DNA of 64,000 nt from the IMG/VR virus record IMGVR_UViG_3300025849_000022, positions 24,309 to 88,308 of that record; one strand, given 5' to 3'. Shown in pieces: positions 56,905-64,000 of this stretch. Under the pieces are notes generated by a model that did not search any database, was not told where the DNA came from, and saw only the letters and a list, made by a program, of their open reading frames with translations. Positions within the stretch are counted from its first letter, which is position 1, and each line of letters starts with the position of its first letter. A program made the position numbers and the translations under genes. Origin of the DNA: a virus.

Positions 56905-57133
56905 ACAATAAATTTGCTTCTTCGCTTAAACCTAAACCGCAACAAATATCTATTTGCCTGCGGATATCACTTGCTTGATCTGTGCCTTTTCTCCACGCAC
57001 GATGATCATCGCTATACATATAGAACCAATCGTGTGTGCTTAAAAGGTTTTCTAGTACATCTAGATCCGAATGACAGTTAGTCATTGCTAATCTCCTTAC
57101 TTTACGTTTGTTGTTTGAAATTACTGTGTGCAT
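56876..57133 (-). CDS. hypothetical phage protein
   Basis: HDWFYMYSDDHRAWRKG motif; alternative RBS-bearing start at 57085. Confidence 0.65.
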   Translation of the reverse strand: MHTVISNNKRKVRRLAMTNCHSDLDVLENLLSTHDWFYMYSDDHRAWRKGTDQASDIRRQIDICCGLGLSEEANLLYEQYQQYKT

Positions 57134-57142
57134 AACTCCACC

Positions 57143-57223
57143 TTACTCACTAATTAATGCAATGTACATCATTAAAACAGTTAGGCATACGCCTACAACA
57201 ACTAATCCTGCTAAAATTTCCAT
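57143..57223 (-). CDS. unannotated 26-aa single-TM peptide
   Basis: AAGGAG RBS; MEILAGLVVVGVCLTVLMMYIALISE. Confidence 0.5.
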   Translation of the reverse strand: MEILAGLVVVGVCLTVLMMYIALISE

Positions 57224-57248
57224 TTGTCTCTCCTTTGATTAATAAAAA

Positions 57249-57325
57249 TGGTGGGCCCCACAGGACTTGAACCTGTACTCTGCCGATTATGAGTCGGATG
57301 CATTAACCAGTTATGCTAGAGGCCC
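57249..57325 (-). tRNA. tRNA with CAU anticodon, probably tRNA-Ile2 (lysidine type)
   Basis: cloverleaf, CTCATAA loop, GGGCC acceptor start resembling ileX, CCA. Confidence 0.85.
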
Positions 57326-57330
57326 TAGTT

Positions 57331-57406
57331 TGGCCTGCCCGGTAGGATTCGAACCTACAGTCTACGGCTTAGAAGGCCGTTGCATTATCCGTTATGCTAC
57401 GAGCAG
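57331..57406 (-). tRNA. tRNA-Arg(UCU)
   Basis: anticodon TCT, GGTTCGAATCC, CCA. Confidence 0.93.
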
Positions 57407-57416
57407 AATTTAAAAA

Positions 57417-57503
57417 TGGTACCTGAGGCCGGACTTGAACCGGCACGACCTTTCAGTCGAGGGATTTTAAGTCCCTTGAGTCTACCAATTCCTCCACTCA
57501 GGC
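57417..57503 (-). tRNA. tRNA-Leu(UAA)
   Basis: anticodon TAA, long variable arm, CCA. Confidence 0.93.
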
Positions 57504-57917
57504 TTTAGAAAACTCCTCTGCTAATTTGAATTGTAATCGCCTTGCTTCTTTTTCCCAAGGCTGGTCCCAGTAATCGATGTTGCCTGCGTACTGATTGCTT
57601 TTCCAACGAGTAAGACCTGCGTCCATTTCGTTACGAGCAAACTGTTTTACATGGACCATTTCGTGTGCTAGGTTGACTACCCAGTTACTGAACATGGCAA
57701 CATCTATAATAAAGTTGCGTTCGTCTAGACTTTCGCACAATGCTTCTGTGCCATCAGCCATATCTAAATACACTTTGTTGTGTAAACGAACTTGAATTGT
57801 GCTTTTTAGACGGTTGATGCCTAGTTGTTCTGCAAAACTTTTTACTGCTAACATAATATTAGCATGTAGATCTAGTTGAACTGCACCGCCTCGTGGTCCT
57901 GTAACTAAAACTTGCAT
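57498..57917 (-). CDS. zincin-like metallopeptidase-motif protein
   Basis: LAHEMVHVKQ...PWEKEA. Confidence 0.7.
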   Translation of the reverse strand: MQVLVTGPRGGAVQLDLHANIMLAVKSFAEQLGINRLKSTIQVRLHNKVYLDMADGTEALCESLDERNFIIDVAMFSNWVVNLAHEMVHVKQFARNEMDAGLTRWKSNQYAGNIDYWDQPWEKEARRLQFKLAEEFSKA

Positions 57918-57976
57918 TTTGAATCCTATTTGCTAAAAAGTCCAACTATTATAACACAATAAACGCATAGGTCAAC

Positions 57977-59065
57977 CTATTTTTGCCACCAAAATTCCTC
58001 GTTAGAAATCAATGACTTAGCCATGTAGTTTGCTACAATAGTCTGTGCTTTACCTGTAAAATGCATACAACCTGAGTAAATATCAGAGAAATCTAGGTTT
58101 TTTGTACCAAGAATTCTGTGCAATGCCACAAGCGACGCAAATTCTTTGTCAATTGTGTGTGGCATCCTGTCTAGTCTAATATCTAAATCTAAAACATTAG
58201 GAAACAAGTCATTTTTGTTTGTTTCTATATGATCAGCGGGTTCTTGGCTAGAGCACCATGCCATATGGAAATTATTTGCTTTACATATTTGCTGAGCATT
58301 AAAGATATTTTGAAACCATTCACCAATATATAAGTCATGTACTACATAGGCAGTATTGTGTGCGGCGAAGTTATAGTTGTTTTGGCCGATATGCATATCA
58401 CCGCTATGAGTTACATTATAATCCCTAAAATATGACAATTTCTGTTCGAGTTCTTGGTCTGCAAATTCAAATTCGGATACTAAAGTATTGTAGTCATGTT
58501 CAGTTGTAATATATTGCTTTCTACAAGGGTCTGGTGCTTGAAAGAACACTAATGTTTCATATTCATTGCTTTGAGTATCCATGCTGATAAAAGTTGATAA
58601 AGCAGAAACAACTGATGCCATACTACTACCACCGGAACTAAGATTTATTACATCAGTGTCTGGTAATAAGGCGCCTAATTGATTACTCCATGTGTTTGGG
58701 TAGTGTCTTAAGGCGTGTCCTTGAGTTCTAAGTCCAGGCATCAAGTCTTTAGATTCTGGCTTACAAAATGGGTCTTGCTCTTTTAAGATATCAAAATATT
58801 TTGTGTTGAATACACTTTTTGTCCATTCTATGTACTGTGCTGAAAGTCTTTTTTGATTTTCTAAAAGAGATTCATTTTCTTTAATTTTATCGAGTCTTTG
58901 TAATTGTTGATCGTTGATAAGATCACCGGATATTCTTTTCCAATCATCGAACCAATTGCTATCAATCTTTGGTGCTAACCAGTGTGCGTTGTCAAATAGT
59001 TCTGGAAAGTCAGCACCTACACCTAGTGAAAAACTGTCGCCAATGATAATAATTCGCTTCTTCAT
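57977..59065 (-). CDS. SGNH/GDSL hydrolase-like protein
   Basis: IIGDSFSLG, NLSSGGSS, GCMHF. Confidence 0.6.
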   Translation of the reverse strand: MKKRIIIIGDSFSLGVGADFPELFDNAHWLAPKIDSNWFDDWKRISGDLINDQQLQRLDKIKENESLLENQKRLSAQYIEWTKSVFNTKYFDILKEQDPFCKPESKDLMPGLRTQGHALRHYPNTWSNQLGALLPDTDVINLSSGGSSMASVVSALSTFISMDTQSNEYETLVFFQAPDPCRKQYITTEHDYNTLVSEFEFADQELEQKLSYFRDYNVTHSGDMHIGQNNYNFAAHNTAYVVHDLYIGEWFQNIFNAQQICKANNFHMAWCSSQEPADHIETNKNDLFPNVLDLDIRLDRMPHTIDKEFASLVALHRILGTKNLDFSDIYSGCMHFTGKAQTIVANYMAKSLISNEEFWWQK

Positions 59066-59097
59066 ATACCTATTATTTATTGTTTATAAATACTTGC

Positions 59098-59970
59098 ATG
59101 TTCATTTATGATAAAGACAAAAATATATCAATTTTCACTAGAGGCAAGAACGGAACCACAAACTTCCACAACCACTATTGGATGCAAAAAGAAGAAACTG
59201 ACGTAAGTTCTTACACAGACTTTGATGTGACAGGATGGTTGTTTGCGACACCTTTACCTGCCATAGAAGACATGACAAGAGGTTGCATTAATCACAATAG
59301 AATGTGTCACGAACAAATCCAGGACGGCAGTTACAAAGAAGGTAATAGACGTTTAGGAATGTATGTGTTTGAATATATAACATTCTTAAAAACTTGCAAG
59401 TTATTAGACTTAGACATGAAGCATTTTATTATAACAAGAGATCCTTTAGAAAGATTAGCAAGTGGATTAAGTACATCATTGGATAATGCTTTAGAAGAAG
59501 CAATGATAAAACATTGTGGTGTTACATTTGATCAAATTAACGACAGTCTCAAAGTCACTGCAACATCTAATTATGACGATTCCTTTTGGAATACATTATG
59601 CAAAAATATATTTAAGTTACCTAGTGCTCAATATCATGCACAGGGTTGGTTATCACACATTGACAAACACATAAACTTTGAAGATTACAAATTGTTTTCA
59701 GTTGATGTAAATGATTTAGTGCCATTTGCAAAAGAAGTTGTTGGCATAGAAGTTAAAGAAACAGATAAACATTTACCAGCAAAGCAGTGGGGCGGTGCTC
59801 ACATAGGAACAAGACCACCTGACACTAGATACTTTCATAACTTCATTGAGAGATGGTTAAAAGAGAAGTACGGTACAAACGCCTTAGACAAACAATTATC
59901 TGATTTATTAGATGCAGAGTATAAAGTAATAGAAAAACTAACACAAATAAATTATGATACTAACACTTGA
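59098..59970 (+). CDS. sulfotransferase-like protein
   Basis: GKNGTTNF, TRDPLERLASG; start 5 nt after TAAATA. Confidence 0.55.
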   Translation: MFIYDKDKNISIFTRGKNGTTNFHNHYWMQKEETDVSSYTDFDVTGWLFATPLPAIEDMTRGCINHNRMCHEQIQDGSYKEGNRRLGMYVFEYITFLKTCKLLDLDMKHFIITRDPLERLASGLSTSLDNALEEAMIKHCGVTFDQINDSLKVTATSNYDDSFWNTLCKNIFKLPSAQYHAQGWLSHIDKHINFEDYKLFSVDVNDLVPFAKEVVGIEVKETDKHLPAKQWGGAHIGTRPPDTRYFHNFIERWLKEKYGTNALDKQLSDLLDAEYKVIEKLTQINYDTNT

Positions 59971-60343
59971 GAAATTTACATTAGATGATAACTTTGGTAC
60001 ATCAGAAGAACTTGTAAGAAGCATGACTGAGTTCTTTACAGAGGAACTAAACATAGGACACTACGATGCAATGATAAATGTGGTCCTACATGATAAAATC
60101 AAAGTTGAAGGCCTTGATGGATATTGTGAATGGGATCCTAGCGACAAACTCATAGAGATACACATAGCAATGAAAGGTCCTGAATGGGGAGTAACACTTG
60201 CACACGAATTTGTTCATGCAAAACAAAACTTACAATACGGTATTGCAAGTAATAATCTAGTATTATCAGAACAGGAAGCATACGATATGGAATTTTTATT
60301 ATATTACAGATGGAAAAGGGAGTACTATGAAGGTCAAATCTAG
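59954..60343 (+). CDS. zincin-like metallopeptidase-motif protein
   Basis: LAHEFVHAKQ...EQEAY. Confidence 0.65.
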   Translation: MILTLEKFTLDDNFGTSEELVRSMTEFFTEELNIGHYDAMINVVLHDKIKVEGLDGYCEWDPSDKLIEIHIAMKGPEWGVTLAHEFVHAKQNLQYGIASNNLVLSEQEAYDMEFLLYYRWKREYYEGQI

Positions 60344-61193
60344 GCTTTGGGTAGCAGGAGATAGTTTTGGTACATTTGACAGAGATGATTCTAGACCTAA
60401 TTGGATAAGATTGCTAGGTGATCAACTAGGCGTAGATGAAATTAAAAACTATTCCCGTGGCGGTGCTGATAACGACATGATCTATTATGTTGCTGAAGCA
60501 ATAATTAAAAATTGGAATTGGCCTGGCAGAAATGAAGTACCGTTTAACAAAGAAACAGATTATTTGCTGTATTTGTCAACAACAAACACAAGAGGTTGGA
60601 TGCGAACTGATATAAATGATCAAAGACCATGGAACCAAGAAATATCTATAGCAAACTTAGAATGGTGGACTGATGAAAAAAACGGCAAATTAATTGAAGA
60701 ATATGAACAGTTTCCTGAACCGCTTGTTTACGGTCAAAACTTTAATTCACTGCTAGGTGCCAGAGAAGAAAGTAAACTTCTCTCAGGTAACAACAAAGAT
60801 TTAGTCAACTGGAGCAATCCTGATGCACTCAGCAAAGACAGGAGCCGAGTTTCAGAAGAAGTTCTAGATATTATGGCTAATTATATGTTAGTCAACGACG
60901 TAGATTACACAAGAAAATTGAACGATAGCAGAATGCATCATATGATGGGTTGGCATAAAGCAAATGGCTACAAGACAATATTTAGTCATCATGATTTTCA
61001 ACCGCATATAGCAGAAGATGATATTTTAACTATGTATCCTGTAATTGAACACCCAACAGATTGGGATGATGTATTTGCAGATGGTGAAAATGAACAACCT
61101 AATCATTTGACTGATTCAGGACATGAAAGTTATTATTTCGATTATTTAAAACAGAGAGTAGATGATATTATTAATACATGGGGCTGGAAGTAG
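60327..61193 (+). CDS. SGNH hydrolase-like protein
   Basis: VAGDSF, SRGGADN, NHLTDSGH. Confidence 0.6.
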   Translation: MKVKSRLWVAGDSFGTFDRDDSRPNWIRLLGDQLGVDEIKNYSRGGADNDMIYYVAEAIIKNWNWPGRNEVPFNKETDYLLYLSTTNTRGWMRTDINDQRPWNQEISIANLEWWTDEKNGKLIEEYEQFPEPLVYGQNFNSLLGAREESKLLSGNNKDLVNWSNPDALSKDRSRVSEEVLDIMANYMLVNDVDYTRKLNDSRMHHMMGWHKANGYKTIFSHHDFQPHIAEDDILTMYPVIEHPTDWDDVFADGENEQPNHLTDSGHESYYFDYLKQRVDDIINTWGWK

Positions 61194-61800
61194 CAGTAAT
61201 TACTTTAATTATGTAAGCCTGTGGCTTGATCAAGAACTTCAGGCAATTGACTACACCGTAGGTGATGACCATAATGCAATATTCCAAAAGATCAAAAACC
61301 CAGACGAAGTAAAATACATTGTAGGTCACAGTTACGGCGGACTGTTGGGTGCAGAATGGCTTAGCAAAGATGTTCGCAATGTAAAAGGTTTGCTCACAAT
61401 AGCAACTCCATGGCAAGGTTCGCCCACAGCAAGAATATTAAATTGGTTTCTGAGTGATGATGTTTGGAAAGACATGAAGCCAGGCAGTGAATTACTGCGT
61501 AAAATAAATTCAATTAATCTCACTATACCTGTAAAGAATATAGTTGCAGTACCTAATAGAGGTAATGGATTAGCAGGTGGTGGTAAAAGTCAAAACGATG
61601 GCACAATACCTATAGCAAGTGCAAAAGCCATACCAAAAGGGTTTAGTAAAACTAGAACAGTAGAAATGCCGTATGGTCACAGCGAAATAATGCAGACATT
61701 TGATCTAGTAGAACAAATAAGAATGTTTGTGGATAATCCAATTAAAGATGTAATCAATCATCCACTGTTATCAATCGAACAAGCCACTAGAGGCGTTTAA
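61162..61800 (+). CDS. alpha/beta hydrolase (lipase/esterase)
   Basis: IHGAG, GHSYGG, ATPWQGS, NDGTIP, GH. Confidence 0.8.
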   Translation: MILLIHGAGSSSNYFNYVSLWLDQELQAIDYTVGDDHNAIFQKIKNPDEVKYIVGHSYGGLLGAEWLSKDVRNVKGLLTIATPWQGSPTARILNWFLSDDVWKDMKPGSELLRKINSINLTIPVKNIVAVPNRGNGLAGGGKSQNDGTIPIASAKAIPKGFSKTRTVEMPYGHSEIMQTFDLVEQIRMFVDNPIKDVINHPLLSIEQATRGV

Positions 61801-62201
61801 GCACTCCAGTAACTTTCTGAACTTGGACTCAAGTAATGAGGCGTATTAATAGGCTCCATAAACTTCTTGCCAGTCATCATATTAGTTTTCTCAACCATAG
61901 GTTCAATTAACTCATAATCCTCAACACTCATAACCATATAGTTATTAATGTCATTAACATGAGTTCTACCTAAGTCTTTGTTGGTAGCCTCTTCATAAGC
62001 ATTACAAAACCTTGAATGATAATAAGGCTTGCCTAATGCTACTACCTTATTAACATCTTCAATAGCCTTAGCATAATACTTCAAAGTTCTAGTAATACCA
62101 GCCTTTGCCGCACTTGCAGTTTTATACTGAGTATTAGCATAACTTTTTTTGTTAGGCTCTCTGTGGATTGAATTATTCTTCTTATTTACTATTACAAACA
62201 T
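61797..62201 (-). CDS. hypothetical early phage protein
   Basis: AGGAG RBS, TTGACC-17-TATAAT promoter; ends NTPHYLSPSSESYWSA. Confidence 0.75.
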   Translation of the reverse strand: MFVIVNKKNNSIHREPNKKSYANTQYKTASAAKAGITRTLKYYAKAIEDVNKVVALGKPYYHSRFCNAYEEATNKDLGRTHVNDINNYMVMSVEDYELIEPMVEKTNMMTGKKFMEPINTPHYLSPSSESYWSA

Positions 62202-62323
62202 AAAAACTCCTACCTTTTTTGTTAATATACATATATTATACCAGAAAAACTGGCAAAGGTCAACCTCTATTAATGAATTAATTGATTAATTAAATGGTGT
62301 GATAAAGAATTAATAATAATTAA

Positions 62324-63373
62324 TTATTTAATTAATTCAAAATGTTTGTGTATTTGATTAGGATAATGTTTAATTATATATTGATATACTTCTTTGTTGT
62401 GCTGTAATTCTCTAGCACATTCATCATACAACATATCAAAGTCATTGCCACTGTATTCATTTAAGTCAGCAACAAAACTATTCCAGCAATCTTGTTGTGT
62501 GCCAGTGTCATGATCACTACGCCATATAGGCAATGGTTCAAAGCCACAGCGAATTAATTCACCTAAATAACCATTATGACCTAGTGTTCTAAACAATCTA
62601 CCATGTGCTATGCTTCTGGCAGTCTTTTCTGTGAGTAATACACTATTTGTGAATTGATTTCTGGGAAATGTTTCTGATATTATATCCATATGACTCTGTG
62701 AATAAACACTTTGAGGTACCAAACAACTGATATCAAGTGTGTCTCCGGGTTGATAACACATGCTGGGTTGGCCTTTGTACTCATGATCAATATTACAATT
62801 ATGTCTGCTTTCACTGGTACCACTGTAAAAACCACTGACATCATAGTCAAGTGTGGTACCATCTCTACCAGCATAATTAACCAATGCATTGTGTTCGCAC
62901 AACACATCTGCTATTTGATCTCTGATTGTTTTCTGTCTGCCTAACAAACAGGCAAAATCATAGTCACGATCACCTGGCTCATAGTCATAATCCAACACAG
63001 GCAAACGAGCAATCCAAGGTTGCCATGTGCTATGTACACCTAAATTCTGCACACGATCATGATGATTACAGTGATATATTATGCTGTAATCTGATAACAT
63101 GCTTAATATTGTTTCGGCAGTTGCACGACTACTGGCATGTGTGGGCCAAAACTCTTCTGTGCTGATTAATACCACATGATCTACACTGGCAATCATGTGC
63201 TGTAGGTCTGAAAACTGTGATTGTGATAACTGTAAACAGGCATACCAATTAACTATGCCTAATTTACCTGAAAAACCTGTTACTACATCTGCATTTGCAT
63301 AATTGTGATAACAGGTATTGATGCTGTTTGGTGTGTTTCCACTCAGTGAATCAGGCGGATAAAAGTATTGCAT
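62324..63373 (-). CDS. hypothetical protein (possible glycosyltransferase-like C-terminus)
   Basis: IISET...LTEKTAR...GF motif; ATG 5 nt after TAAATA. Confidence 0.55.
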   Translation of the reverse strand: MQYFYPPDSLSGNTPNSINTCYHNYANADVVTGFSGKLGIVNWYACLQLSQSQFSDLQHMIASVDHVVLISTEEFWPTHASSRATAETILSMLSDYSIIYHCNHHDRVQNLGVHSTWQPWIARLPVLDYDYEPGDRDYDFACLLGRQKTIRDQIADVLCEHNALVNYAGRDGTTLDYDVSGFYSGTSESRHNCNIDHEYKGQPSMCYQPGDTLDISCLVPQSVYSQSHMDIISETFPRNQFTNSVLLTEKTARSIAHGRLFRTLGHNGYLGELIRCGFEPLPIWRSDHDTGTQQDCWNSFVADLNEYSGNDFDMLYDECARELQHNKEVYQYIIKHYPNQIHKHFELIK

Positions 63374-63389
63374 ACCTTTATTTAATCAA

Positions 63390-63596
63390 TTAACTCTTGT
63401 CTAGTTTGAATACACTTCTAGTTAAGCCACCGAACATTGGTGTAATGATTAATAGTGCGGCAATCATTAACACGTTGCCTATTTGTTCGCTTGTTAAACC
63501 TGCAAAGTCTCTCAGCAAGTATTCTGCACTGAATATGATTGCAAATAGTACTGCAAAAGCACCTACGCCTATTAATGTATTTTTAATGAATTCCAT
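63390..63596 (-). CDS. small 2-TM membrane protein
   Basis: AGGAG RBS before MEFIKN; sigma70-type promoter upstream. Confidence 0.7.
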   Translation of the reverse strand: MEFIKNTLIGVGAFAVLFAIIFSAEYLLRDFAGLTSEQIGNVLMIAALLIITPMFGGLTRSVFKLDKS

Positions 63597-63668
63597 GTTT
63601 ACTCCTATGGTTTTTGTTAATATTGTGTATAATATACTGTAAAAAAGGTTTGTGGTCAACCTATTTGT

Positions 63669-64000
63669 TTAGAAATTCTCTATTAATTGTCGCTGTGCTG
63701 TCCTTTTTTCTGCCAAATAGTCTATGTTATTGTTGACGTTAATAACAACATTGGTGGGCAAGAACACAAAACTTAATGCCGTAGTGGGTATTTTTGCTTC
63801 TATGCCATCGCTTAACACTCGCAAATAAGGTTGTAGTTCTGTATAACTTATAACAGCCATAGCATCTGCTTGTGATATTATATAGTAATCAGCAGGATGT
63901 GGCAATGAATTATTAACATTATTGCCCTGTGAATTCATTATTTTAACTGTGATACTGAGTTTTGGGTTACCCTTAGGTGTATACAAACCATTATTTGCAT
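63669..64000 (-). CDS. 3' part of a hypothetical protein starting beyond the window
   Basis: frame open to the window edge. Confidence 0.55.
   Translation of the reverse strand, partial: ANNGLYTPKGNPKLSITVKIMNSQGNNVNNSLPHPADYYIISQADAMAVISYTELQPYLRVLSDGIEAKIPTTALSFVFLPTNVVINVNNNIDYLAEKRTAQRQLIENF

Noticed and set aside
1-64000. Stop-codon reassignment as seen in some jumbo phages
   Set aside because: Conserved genes are full length in the standard code, TAA, TAG and TGA all end genes, and no suppressor tRNA is present.
63669-64000. Possible restriction-endonuclease-like protein
   Set aside because: Truncated by the window edge and no catalytic motif is visible.

Overview
This is a 64-kb, AT-rich, densely coding segment of a large T4-related (jumbo-like) tailed phage. 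Most genes are on the minus strand and the standard genetic code fits. The host is probably an aquatic Gram-negative proteobacterium, inferred from the spanins, a Gcw_chp/TorF-type porin, SufE and ClpA. Replication genes: family-B DNA polymerase, sliding clamp, clamp loader, and a TGT/DpdA-like base-exchange enzyme. Virion and lysis genes: fibre proteins including a collagen-repeat fibre, plus an endolysin and spanins interrupted by ClpA and DnaJ. Host-like and accessory genes: ClpP, GroES, PhoH, NadE, SufE, UDP-glucose dehydrogenase, radical-SAM, 2OG-Fe(II), sulfotransferase-like and SGNH enzymes, and five tRNAs. The most notable signals are missing from, or not flagged in, the ORF track: (i) a tandem glutamine (glnA-type) riboswitch under a phage late-promoter motif, in front of an unannotated 54-aa basic protein; (ii) two further highly structured RNAs, one a 5' leader of a 58-aa CxxxxxC membrane peptide and one a stand-alone ~220-nt ncRNA; (iii) a probable overlapping gene nested in the endolysin; (iv) a window-wide TAAATA-N5-ATG leaderless gene architecture; (v) an acyl-carrier-protein homologue lacking the phosphopantetheine serine. 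All calls come from reading motifs by eye; no database searches were run.
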